The notes beneath the pieces were generated by a model, which saw only the letters and a program-made list of their open reading frames with translations, did no database searches and was not told where the DNA came from. From Acidobacteriota bacterium (GTDB lineage: Bacteria; Acidobacteriota; Terriglobia; Bryobacterales; Bryobacteraceae): a stretch of DNA of 51,963 bases. Location: positions 1 to 51,963 of the forward strand of contig JBDTUY010000001.1 in NCBI GenBank assembly GCA_040007495.1. The letters are read 5' to 3'. Every line of letters starts with the position of its first letter. Position 1 is the stretch's first letter. Shown one piece after another: positions 16,047-24,748 of the stretch. A program made the position numbers and the translations under genes.

Positions 16047-18863
16047 CTACTTTGTGACCCCGGCCTTCTTAAAGTCCCCGGCCTTGAAATAAGAAATGGT
16101 GGACGGATCGATCCACTTTTTTACCACTGCGTTCAGTTGTGCCACCGTAGCGTTGCGAATGGCATTTTCCAGGTTGATCTCGCGCTGCATAGTTCGGCCT
16201 AATTCGGCTTGACGCGCCAGTTGGCTCGCGAGGGTTCCATCCTGTGCGCGGCTGATCTGAGAATCCTGTAGATACGCACTTTTGGCGATCGCGACCTCTT
16301 CTGCCGTGAATCCTTGCGCCAGTAATTTGGCGAGTTCATCTTTGAACGCAGCCTCGACTTTGAGCACGTTTTCCGGGTTGGCGATGGCACCGGCGGAGAA
16401 TCGTGCGAGCTTCTCAGTTGCGCCTGCGCTAAAGCCGCTATTGACACCGTAGCTCAGTCCTTCGGACTCGCGAATGCGCTTCCACAAACGGCTCTTGGAA
16501 TCCCCTCCGATCATCTGATTCGCCAGGAACAGCAGCGGATAATCGGGGTCCTGCTGATCCATCGCGATGGTTGTGATGGCCGTGAAGTAGGCGTTGGCCT
16601 TGTCCGGAGCCTCAAACATCTGGTTGACTGGCGCGATCTTGCTCCAATCGCGCGTGATCAACTGGTATGGCTTCGGACTCTTCCAATTTCCGAACAACTG
16701 CCCGAGCAGCGTGCGAACCTCCGTTGGATCGAAATCGCCAACGATGGCGATCTCCCCATTCGACGCGCCGTAAAAATCTTTGTAGAACTGCTTGGCCTGG
16801 TCCAGCGTTACCGCCTTTAACTGTGCAATCGACTCGTCGATCGACAGCACCGCGCGCGGATCACTCGCAGGATACGGATAGATGTGTTTATTGCGTGCAA
16901 TCGAGGCGATCGTTTGTGGTTCGCTACGCTGCGACTCCAGTTCCGCAATGCCCGCCAGACGAACTTCCTCAAAGTCGCTTTCCGGAAACGAAGGCTGCTG
17001 CAGAATTTCCGCCGCAAGCTTTAAGGAATCGATCAAGCCTGCACGAACGGTATTAATAGACGCAGATGCGGAACTCGTTCCGCCATCCACGCCAACCTGA
17101 GCTTTCAGGCGGTCAAATTCATCGTGCAGTTGCTGGCGCGTATGTTTGGTGGTGCCGCGCATCAGCATGGACCCCGCCATCGAAGGAGCAATGCCTTTGT
17201 TCATCAGCGCGTTTAGCGACCCGAAGTGAAATTGCATGGACGCGACCACGGTTCCGCCTCGCGTCTTCTTCGGCAACAGCACTAGCTTGATGCCGCTAGG
17301 CAGCGTGATTCGCGAAACCCGAGTTTCAATATTCGCCGGTGATGGATCGAAAGCTTCACCCGCCTCCACTGGCGGTTTCCCTTTGTAGCCTTCCAGAGTA
17401 AGCGCCAGATTTGGCGCGGCCGGAATATCCGCTCGCTTCGGCACAACCGAAACCGGGAAAAAACGACCCGTGGTTCGGTTGGATGCCACCAGATACTTTT
17501 GCGCCACTCTCGCGACGTCTTCCGGCGTCACCTTTTCCAACTCATCCCGACCCAAGAACAGCAGCCGCCAGTCCCCGGAACCGATCGTTTCACTCAAGGC
17601 AACGCCGAGGCTGGATGGGTCGTTCATCGCCAACTCAAAATTCTTCAGAATGCGAGTCTTCGCCCGATCGACTTCCACCTTGCTTGGCGGCTCCGTGGCG
17701 ACGCCGTCGATGATTTTCAGGACAGTCGACTCCACGTCGGCGAAGTTTTGATCCTTTAGCAACTCAGCCGACACCAGGAACATGCCGGGGTCGTGCACTT
17801 CCATCTCGTCAGCCGAAACCGACGTCGCCTTCTTGGTCTCTACCAGCGCCTTATGCAAACGGCCCGATGGGGAGTCACCCAGGATGAACGACAACACGTC
17901 GAAAGCCGCAGAATCCGGATGCGACGCAGCGGGAATGTGATAGCCAATAATCAGAGCCTGCGTGTCACCCACGCGACGCAGCACCACCTCACGCTCACCA
18001 TCTTGCGGAGGCTCAGCCGTGTACTCCTGGTCCAGTACGCGGGTCGGTTTCGGCAGTACACCGAACAGCTCATTGATCCAGCCCAGCGTCTTCGCGGGAT
18101 CGAATTTCCCTGCCACCACCAACACAGCGTTATCCGGCTGATAGTACTTGTGATAAAAAGCCTGCAATCGCGGGATCGGTACGTTTTCAATGTCGCTGCG
18201 CGCGCCGATCGTGCTGTGGCCGTAGTTATGCCACAGGTAAGCCGTACTCAACACGCGTTCATAAAGGACGCTGCTCGGATTGTTTTCGCCGCTTTCAAAC
18301 TCATTGCGGACCACGGTCATCTCGGTATCCAGATCCTGCCGTGAGACGCGGGAATTGACCATGCGGTCGGCTTCCAAATCGAGCGCCCATCGCAGGTTGT
18401 CATCGGTAGCCTGAAAGGTCTCGAAATAATTGGTCCGATCAAACCAGGTGGAGCCGTTGAAATCCGCGCCGTGTGCTCGTAGCTCGCCCATAATTTCATT
18501 GCGGCGCTGCGTGCCCTTGAACAGCATGTGTTCCAACAGATGTGCCATTCCGGTCTCGCCGTAACCTTCGTGCCGTGACCCAACCAAATAGGTCACGTTC
18601 ACCGTGAGCGTCGGTTTGGAGGCGTCTGGGAACAGCAGCACCCGAAATCCGTTCGTCAGCCTGTACTCGGTGATACCTTCCACCGAAGTCACCATGGCGG
18701 GGGCCGGAGGCGCAGCAATCGCTTTTGCGACTGCGACGGCCGGGGCCTGCGCGTGGAGCGCAGGAGAGATCAGACCTATCAACAATGCCGCACACGCGGC
18801 CCTTTTGATAGAGACTTTGTATTCGGAAAGCGTAGCGAGATCAGACAGCATTCTCATGCCCAT
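16047..18863 (-). CDS. Secreted M16 (pitrilysin/insulinase) family zinc peptidase, tandem two-unit form
   Basis: Signal peptide ..LLIGLISPALHAQA. The inverted zinc motif HxxEH is in GMAHLLEHMLFKGT. At 938 aa it fits two fused M16 active/inactive halves. Confidence 0.9.
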   Translation of the reverse strand: MGMRMLSDLATLSEYKVSIKRAACAALLIGLISPALHAQAPAVAVAKAIAAPPAPAMVTSVEGITEYRLTNGFRVLLFPDASKPTLTVNVTYLVGSRHEGYGETGMAHLLEHMLFKGTQRRNEIMGELRAHGADFNGSTWFDRTNYFETFQATDDNLRWALDLEADRMVNSRVSRQDLDTEMTVVRNEFESGENNPSSVLYERVLSTAYLWHNYGHSTIGARSDIENVPIPRLQAFYHKYYQPDNAVLVVAGKFDPAKTLGWINELFGVLPKPTRVLDQEYTAEPPQDGEREVVLRRVGDTQALIIGYHIPAASHPDSAAFDVLSFILGDSPSGRLHKALVETKKATSVSADEMEVHDPGMFLVSAELLKDQNFADVESTVLKIIDGVATEPPSKVEVDRAKTRILKNFELAMNDPSSLGVALSETIGSGDWRLLFLGRDELEKVTPEDVARVAQKYLVASNRTTGRFFPVSVVPKRADIPAAPNLALTLEGYKGKPPVEAGEAFDPSPANIETRVSRITLPSGIKLVLLPKKTRGGTVVASMQFHFGSLNALMNKGIAPSMAGSMLMRGTTKHTRQQLHDEFDRLKAQVGVDGGTSSASASINTVRAGLIDSLKLAAEILQQPSFPESDFEEVRLAGIAELESQRSEPQTIASIARNKHIYPYPASDPRAVLSIDESIAQLKAVTLDQAKQFYKDFYGASNGEIAIVGDFDPTEVRTLLGQLFGNWKSPKPYQLITRDWSKIAPVNQMFEAPDKANAYFTAITTIAMDQQDPDYPLLFLANQMIGGDSKSRLWKRIRESEGLSYGVNSGFSAGATEKLARFSAGAIANPENVLKVEAAFKDELAKLLAQGFTAEEVAIAKSAYLQDSQISRAQDGTLASQLARQAELGRTMQREINLENAIRNATVAQLNAVVKKWIDPSTISYFKAGDFKKAGVTK

Positions 18864-19077
18864 AGGCTATCATCGAACGCGAGTTTCCGTCGGGCGGTCC
18901 AGTATGAATAGAGTGAATGAGCCGATTGCATCAGGTGTTCCATCAACCCGAGAGCCTCGCGGTGCGAAGCCCCGTGAAGGTCCAGTACGATTCTCGGCCT
19001 TAGAACCCACAAGCAGCAATGACCCGGGTCCCTGCTGCTGCGTTGGTCCACCTGAACTCATCGCCGTCCAAGCTACT

Positions 19078-19755
19078 ATGGGGATCGTGAGCGAATCTTC
19101 TTCCACTGATCAACCCGCGAATCCATCAGCCGAGCAATCCTACAGTGCTCCGCGCGTGGCGCTGAACCGCATTTACACCAAGCGCGGCGACGGAGGGGAC
19201 ACGGCGCTCGCAGGCGGCCAGCGGCTTCCGAAAGATGCTCCTCGAATTGATGCGTATGGCACTGTTGACGAACTGGGCGCGTTTGTGGGTCTGGCTTGGG
19301 TGACCTGCGACGAGTGTGCGAAACAAGCTCCACGTTTGCAGGAACTATCAGCAATCTTGCATCGCGTTCAGCATGAACTTTTCAATCTCGGTTCGATTCT
19401 TGCGACCCTACCTGCCGATGTTCACCCCAAGCAGGCTCGCGTCACCGACGCCGACGTGACGCAGTTGGAACAAGAGATCGATCGGATGAACAGCGAACTG
19501 ACCCCTCTGCGCAGCTTTGTCCTGGCAGGCGGCACGCGCTTGAATGCTGAGTTACACGCTGCAAGAACCATCTGTCGCCGCGCCGAGCGTTTGCTGGTCG
19601 CACTCGCGCGCACGGAAGAGGTACCTGCAGAGACCGTCCGTTATCTCAATCGCCTAAGCGACGCACTCTTTGTTTGGAGCCGCTGGGTCAATGTAATCCT
19701 GGGCGCACCCGAGGTTCTGTGGCAGCCGAATCAGGCGGCTTCAGGCAAGAAGTAG
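19078..19755 (+). CDS. PduO-type ATP:cob(I)alamin adenosyltransferase
   Basis: Internal ATG of ORF 18604..19755; the upstream part is antisense to the M16 gene. RIYTKRGDGGDTALAGGQRLPKDAPRIDAYGTVDELGAFVG.. and ..FVLAGG..AELHAARTICRRAER are PduO/MMAB-family blocks. A later GTG (~19153) is an alternative start. Confidence 0.85.
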   Translation: MGIVSESSSTDQPANPSAEQSYSAPRVALNRIYTKRGDGGDTALAGGQRLPKDAPRIDAYGTVDELGAFVGLAWVTCDECAKQAPRLQELSAILHRVQHELFNLGSILATLPADVHPKQARVTDADVTQLEQEIDRMNSELTPLRSFVLAGGTRLNAELHAARTICRRAERLLVALARTEEVPAETVRYLNRLSDALFVWSRWVNVILGAPEVLWQPNQAASGKK

Positions 19756-19764
19756 GCTAGCTTA

Positions 19765-19782
19765 GCCGCTGCCTTCGGCGGC
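19765..19782 (+). terminator. Short GC hairpin after the adenosyltransferase gene
   Basis: GCCGCTG-CCTT-CGGCGGC is a 7-bp stem including one G.U, 10 nt after the stop. No U-tract follows. Confidence 0.35.
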
Positions 19783-19915
19783 GAATAAACTGTCTCGTCC
19801 GCTCCTGGGGTAAAACCCTACCTCTTGCAATAGGGTGATCCCACTACGCAGCCCTACAGGTCTGAAATGGGTCCGCCGATGCTACTAGAGACCACGTACT
19901 CTGGGCGGAGAAACT

Positions 19916-20620
19916 ATGCGAAAGAAGAATTTTGGAACAGTGCTGGGAATCGCGCTGGTGGTAGCTCTGGTTGCGACCGGCGTGTTCTACGGGCTCTTTG
20001 TCTCAAAATTGAAGAGCGCGGAAGAGCCGGGCACAACCCTGGTGATCGCGGCCAAGCCTATGCCGGCGGGAACCGTACTTACTTCCGCTGACGTCAAGAC
20101 CATTCGTTGGTCGGCAGCGACGCTTCCTGTGGGTGCATTTGAGCACATCGATCAAGTTTCCGGGAAAACACTATTTGACGGTGTAGGCGAGGGCGAGCCG
20201 TTATTGGCTGCGCGTCTGGCCTCTCTAGATGGCACAGGCGGAAGCGTGGGAGTTCCATCGGGGATGCGTGCGGTTTCGGTCCACGTGACAGACTCCAGCG
20301 GCGTCGTAAGCCTGCTGCGCGCCGGTCACAAAGTGGACGTCCAGGTGTTGGTATCTCCAGGCAAAAACGGAGAGAAGGCGCAGTTGCGGACGGCGATCGA
20401 GAACCTGGAAGTATTGAGCGTCAACCCAAAAAACGATCAAAGCTCGCAGGGCTACAACCTCCCAGTGGTTACGCTGCTGGCGAAACCGGACGATGCCGAC
20501 GTTCTTGCGCTGGCCGACTCAGGCGCGAGAGTTCGCCTGACGCTCCGCAATGCGCTGGATAGCGAGTCGCACCCGCGCACCGCAGTATCGCTGAGTCATG
20601 TAATGCAGACAGGCAATTAG
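19916..20620 (+). CDS. cpaB: Flp/Tad pilus assembly protein CpaB (RcpC)
   Basis: N-terminal TM VLGIALVVALVATGVFYGLFV. SAF-like LVIAAKPMPAGTVLTSADVKTIRW..LPVGAF..GEPLLAARL, then GMRAVSVHV..LLRAGHKVDVQVLV..LEVLSV..VVTLLAKPDDADVLALADSGARVRLTLRN. Confidence 0.8.
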   Translation: MRKKNFGTVLGIALVVALVATGVFYGLFVSKLKSAEEPGTTLVIAAKPMPAGTVLTSADVKTIRWSAATLPVGAFEHIDQVSGKTLFDGVGEGEPLLAARLASLDGTGGSVGVPSGMRAVSVHVTDSSGVVSLLRAGHKVDVQVLVSPGKNGEKAQLRTAIENLEVLSVNPKNDQSSQGYNLPVVTLLAKPDDADVLALADSGARVRLTLRNALDSESHPRTAVSLSHVMQTGN

Positions 20621-20639
20621 CGCTTCTTTGGTCTAGCCC

Positions 20640-21647
20640 ATGCTGATTCTCTCTATCCTCGGGTTCTTCGTTCTAATCTTCCTGGTGGCGATCATCACGG
20701 TCGCCATCGCCTGGATGGTCTTCCTACGGGAGGCGTCGGAAGTGGGCACCGCGGTTGGGGAAGGGGTGGGGGCTGAGGAAAAGCTGGGGATAGATCGGGC
20801 CGGTGCGGGTTTCGACGAGACGGTTATAGAAGACGAGTCTCCTCTGTTTCGCAACGACCGGCTTAGCACATTGAACTTCTGGGACAATCTGCTCACGCGG
20901 TTCGATTTCATCGAAATTTTGAAGCTGCGGTTGGCCCAAGCGGAACTGGATTGGAACGTTGGCCGAGTCACCCTCACGATGCTATTGTGCGGGACCATTG
21001 CGTTTTTGCTCGCCCAAAGCGTGCTGCCTGTCTGGGCGGCTGTGCCCGTGGGCATTGCGGTGGCGATGGCGCCCTATGGTTACATCTTGCGGGTCCGCGA
21101 TCGCCGTTTTCGCAAGTTTCAGGAGGTTTTCCCCGACGTTCTAGACTCTCTGGCGCGCGCCTTGCGTGCGGGCTATCCGCTTTCGGCGGCGTTTGAATTG
21201 GTCGCCAACGAGACACCCGCCCCGGTTGCGGCGGAGATGAAGAAAGTCGCAGTGGAGGCGAATCTCGGCATGGGATGGCAACGCGCTCTGGAGAATTTGG
21301 GACAGAGAATGCCCTTACTGGAAGTCAACCTATTCGGAGCGGCGGTCACGTTACACGCGCGAACCGGCGGGAAACTTAGCGAAGTCATGACGGGGTTGGC
21401 CGAGACCATGCGGGAAAGCCTGGCCCTGGAGGGCGAGGTTCGAGCGTTGGCGGCCCACGGAAAGCTGACCGGTCTAATTCTGACCATTCTGCCCATCGCC
21501 ATTGCCATCATGATGTTGATTGTCAGTCCGAATTATATGTACGTGCTGTACGAACATCCCATGGGCAAGACGCTGATTGCGGCGGCCATCGCCTGCTTGG
21601 TGCTCGCGCACTTCATCATTCGCAAGTTAGTGGACATTCGTATTTGA
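20640..21647 (+). CDS. tadB: Tad pilus inner-membrane platform protein TadB (T2SS-F family)
   Basis: T2SSF-type block FPDVLDSLARALRAGYPLSAAFELVANE..GMGWQRALENLGQRMP with flanking TM helices. It is directly followed by a paralogous gene. Confidence 0.85.
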   Translation: MLILSILGFFVLIFLVAIITVAIAWMVFLREASEVGTAVGEGVGAEEKLGIDRAGAGFDETVIEDESPLFRNDRLSTLNFWDNLLTRFDFIEILKLRLAQAELDWNVGRVTLTMLLCGTIAFLLAQSVLPVWAAVPVGIAVAMAPYGYILRVRDRRFRKFQEVFPDVLDSLARALRAGYPLSAAFELVANETPAPVAAEMKKVAVEANLGMGWQRALENLGQRMPLLEVNLFGAAVTLHARTGGKLSEVMTGLAETMRESLALEGEVRALAAHGKLTGLILTILPIAIAIMMLIVSPNYMYVLYEHPMGKTLIAAAIACLVLAHFIIRKLVDIRI

Positions 21648-21657
21648 AAGTTTAGCA

Positions 21658-22581
21658 ATGAGTCCATCTTTACTACTCATCTCGTTTTTCTTGTTTACGC
21701 TGGCAAGCATGAGCGCCGCACTGTACATCTTCATTTTGAAGCCTGCCGCTGCTGCTGGAGATGCAGGCGCGTCCACAATCCCCTCCGCCCTGAACGAACC
21801 CGATTTACCCATGGCCCAGGCTGCGGTGTTGCAAGGATTCGCGAGCTTAGGCGCCGCACTCCCGCCTGCGATTGCTCGTCGGGAAGCGGCCAGACGAGCC
21901 CTATTGTTAGCCGGATTCCGGTGGCCATCGGCCGTCTCGACGTTTCTTGGGATCAAGTGCGCGACAGCTTTTACTCTTGGACTGACGGGTGCCTGGGCCT
22001 CGGTGACGTTCGGCAACGGCGATAATACGGCCATTGCGGCCCTAAGTGGGATCGGTTTTGGATTCCTGCTTCCCGACCGAGTCCTGGGGAGGATCGCCCA
22101 CAGTCGCGGAGCCCGGATGCGCCGCGCTCTACCTGCGGCCCTGGATTTAATGGTGCTGGCGATTGAAGCTGGGCAGGGCCTCGACTCCGCGATTATGGAA
22201 ACCAGCCGAGGACTGCGAACCACACATCCTGAGCTGGCGGGTGAGTTCCGGCAACTCTCGCTAGAACTGCGAGCCGAGGCTTCCCGCATCGATGCGCTCC
22301 GCAACTTCGCGGCACGCACGGCCGACAGCGAGATTCGCAAGTTTACGGTTCTCTTGATGGACACGGATCGCTTCGGATCGAGCCTGGGTCCTGCATTGAG
22401 GACACACGCTCATTTCCTGCGCACCCGATTCAGGCAAATGGCGCAGGAACGTGCTCGTAAGGTTGGGGTAAAGCTCATTTTCCCCGTCTTTTTCCTTATT
22501 TTCCCATCGGTGATTCTTGTCACATTGGGTCCTGCGGTCATCATGATCTTCTCGCAGATGTCCAGCTTGATGGGAATGTAG
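21658..22581 (+). CDS. tadC: Tad pilus inner-membrane platform protein TadC (T2SS-F family)
   Basis: ALPAALDLMVLAIEAGQGLDSAIMETSRGL..ELAGEFRQLSLELRAEASRIDALRNFAART plus C-terminal TM helices. It starts 10 nt after tadB. Confidence 0.85.
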   Translation: MSPSLLLISFFLFTLASMSAALYIFILKPAAAAGDAGASTIPSALNEPDLPMAQAAVLQGFASLGAALPPAIARREAARRALLLAGFRWPSAVSTFLGIKCATAFTLGLTGAWASVTFGNGDNTAIAALSGIGFGFLLPDRVLGRIAHSRGARMRRALPAALDLMVLAIEAGQGLDSAIMETSRGLRTTHPELAGEFRQLSLELRAEASRIDALRNFAARTADSEIRKFTVLLMDTDRFGSSLGPALRTHAHFLRTRFRQMAQERARKVGVKLIFPVFFLIFPSVILVTLGPAVIMIFSQMSSLMGM

Positions 22582-22616
22582 CGCTGGCTGCGAACACTCT
22601 CCGAACAAGTCTCCGC

Positions 22617-22650
22617 AAAAAAGAAAAGTCCCGGACATACGCCCGGGACT
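22617..22650 (-). terminator. Rho-independent terminator of the peroxiredoxin gene (hairpin shared with convergent tadC)
   Basis: AGTCCCGG (22627..22634) / CCGGGACT (22643..22650). On the minus strand the hairpin is followed by TTTTCTTTTTT. Confidence 0.75.
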
Positions 22651-22670
22651 GATGCAGAAGCTCGATCTCT

Positions 22671-23327
22671 TTACTTGGGCTGCGCGGTCGTTCGTAGATA
22701 CGGCTTGACGGTCTTGAAGCCCGGGAACTTTTCACTCGCCTGTTCATCGGATACCGATCCAGCGATGATCACGTCGTTGCCGGGCTTCCAGTTCACTGGT
22801 GTCGAGACCGGGTGCTTCGCGGTCAGCTGCATGGAATCGAGGACGCGCAAAACCTCGTCGAAGTTGCGGCCGGTAGACATCGGGTAGACCAGAATCAGCT
22901 TGATCTTCTTATCGGGACCGATCATGAACACGCAGCGCACGGTGGCGTTGGTGGCTGGGGTGCGGCCCTCGGATGTTTCGCCGGCGTCGGCTGGCAGCAT
23001 GTCGTAGAGCTTCGCGATGGCCAAGGTCGGATCGCCGATCATCGGGTAGTTGACCTTGTGGCCCTGCGTCTCTTCAATATCCGCCGCCCACTTGCTATGA
23101 CTGGTCACGGGGTCGACGCTGAGGCCGATAATCTTGGTGTTGCGTTTCTTGAACTCCGGCTCCAGGCCAGCCATATAGCCCAGTTCCGTGGTGCAGACCG
23201 GAGTAAAGTCTTTGGGGTGGGAAAACAGAATCGCCCAACCATCGCCGATCCACTCATGAAAATCGATGGGACCCTGCGTGGTTTCGGCCTTAAAATTTGG
23301 CGCAATATCGTTGATGCGTAGAGACAT
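22671..23327 (-). CDS. 1-Cys peroxiredoxin (Prx6 subfamily)
   Basis: MSLRINDIAPNFKAETTQGPIDFHEWIGDGWAILFSHPKDFTPVCTTELG has the PVCTTE peroxidatic Cys motif. The size is 218 aa. Confidence 0.93.
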   Translation of the reverse strand: MSLRINDIAPNFKAETTQGPIDFHEWIGDGWAILFSHPKDFTPVCTTELGYMAGLEPEFKKRNTKIIGLSVDPVTSHSKWAADIEETQGHKVNYPMIGDPTLAIAKLYDMLPADAGETSEGRTPATNATVRCVFMIGPDKKIKLILVYPMSTGRNFDEVLRVLDSMQLTAKHPVSTPVNWKPGNDVIIAGSVSDEQASEKFPGFKTVKPYLRTTAQPK

Positions 23328-23530
23328 AATCGGTTCCTTGAACTGCTGGCTCCTTGTGAAATGAGAAACGGATGCAGTAGATTCGATGCCGGAAGCATAG
23401 GTTTCGATGCTCCAAACCGGATTCTTACTCGCCCTTCAGTCTATCGCACTGTCCTGGCGGCAATGATCGATGATCGACACACATCACTAGCGTCTGCTAC
23501 CACGCCGATGCTTCAATGGGAGAATCCTCT

Positions 23531-24736
23531 ATGCCTTCCGCATTTATCTGTCAGGGCGTTCGTACGCCTATCGGCCGTTTCGCCGGAGCGCTCAGCACGG
23601 TTCGGGCCGACGATCTTGCCGCGCATCCGCTGATCGCACTCAAAAAGAAATTCCCCAACGCCGACTGGGCCGCGATTGATGAAGTCTATTACGGCTGCGT
23701 GACGCAGGCGGGTGAAGATAACCGCAACGTCGCGCGCATGTCACTGTTGCTGGCGGACCTTCCCATGACTGTTCCTGGTGTGACGGTTAATCGCCTGTGT
23801 GCGTCTGGTATGGAAGCAGTCGCAGCCGCAGCGCGCGCCATCGGAACCGGTGAAATGTCGCTGGCCATCGCGGGCGGCGTTGAGAGCATGAGCCGTTCGC
23901 CTTGGGTAATGGCGAAACCCACATCCGCCTTCGCGCGCGACCCGCAGGTGTTTGACACTACGCTGGGGTGGCGCTTCGTCAATCCGCTGATGGAGCAGAA
24001 ATACGGCACGATCTCGATGGCGGAGACGGCGGAGAACGTCGCCGAGAAGTACAACGTCAGTCGCGAGTCGCAGGATAAATTCGCTCTAGCATCGCAGCAG
24101 AAGGCCGCGAAGGCGAAGGCCGCTGGAGTGTTCGCCGAAGAGATCGAAGCGGTTCAGATCCCGGGTAAGAAGGGCGCGGTCACGATGGTGGCTGAAGATG
24201 AGCATCCTCGCGCCGACACTACGCTCGAAGGTTTGGCGAAACTGCCCACTCCTTTCCGCAAGGGCGGCAGCGTGACGGCAGGCAATGCGTCCGGCCTCAA
24301 CGATGGAGCGGTTGCATTGTTCGTCGCTTCGGAAGCGGCTGCCGCGAAGTTTGGCCTGACCCCGATCGCGAGAGTAGTTGCAGCAACCGCCGCGGGGGTC
24401 GACCCGAACTACATGGGCATCGGACCGATTCCGGCCATCCGGAAGCTGCTGGCGCACACCAAACTGTCGATGACCGACGTCGATTTCCTGGAACTGAACG
24501 AAGCGTTCGCCGCGCAGGCGCTCGCGTGTACGCGCGCATTCGACCTGCCAGATGACAGCGAGAAGGTGAATCCCAATGGTGGTGCGATCGCGCTGGGTCA
24601 CCCGTTGGGCATGAGCGGAGCCCGTCTGGTGCTGACTGCGTCTCTGCATCTAAAACGTACCGGGGCCAAGCGAGCGATCACCAGCATGTGCGTCGGCGTC
24701 GGGCAGGGCATGGCGATGATGTTGGAGCGGGTGTAA
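23531..24736 (+). CDS. Acetyl-CoA C-acyltransferase / 3-oxoadipyl-CoA-type thiolase
   Basis: Start at ATG 23531 (GGGAGA upstream). [31 protein letters not shown] (active-site Cys), [24 protein letters not shown] and CVGVGQGMA are thiolase signatures. The PcaF/PaaJ-like N-terminus is suggestive only. Confidence 0.92.
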   Translation: MPSAFICQGVRTPIGRFAGALSTVRADDLAAHPLIALKKKFPNADWAAIDEVYYGCVTQAGEDNRNVARMSLLLADLPMTVPGVTVNRLCASGMEAVAAAARAIGTGEMSLAIAGGVESMSRSPWVMAKPTSAFARDPQVFDTTLGWRFVNPLMEQKYGTISMAETAENVAEKYNVSRESQDKFALASQQKAAKAKAAGVFAEEIEAVQIPGKKGAVTMVAEDEHPRADTTLEGLAKLPTPFRKGGSVTAGNASGLNDGAVALFVASEAAAAKFGLTPIARVVAATAAGVDPNYMGIGPIPAIRKLLAHTKLSMTDVDFLELNEAFAAQALACTRAFDLPDDSEKVNPNGGAIALGHPLGMSGARLVLTASLHLKRTGAKRAITSMCVGVGQGMAMMLERV

Positions 24737-24748
24737 GCCGCCCGGCAG

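Noticed and set aside
18604-19077. N-terminal 158 codons of ORF 18604..19755
   Set aside because: This part overlaps the M16 peptidase gene and its upstream region in antisense and has no family similarity. The PduO-type homology begins only after Met at 19078.
18864-19077. Cobalamin riboswitch upstream of the cob(I)alamin adenosyltransferase gene
   Set aside because: GGTGCGAAGCC superficially resembles the GGUG..AA.CC element. However, no B12 box, no AGGGAA and no GCCACUG-type core are present, and the region also has to hold the divergent M16 promoter.
19756-19915. Hidden Flp pilin gene upstream of cpaB (the spacer 22582..22670 was also checked)
   Set aside because: Translation of all frames gives no short ORF with a Flp-type G/(A/E)xxxEY motif and hydrophobic helix.
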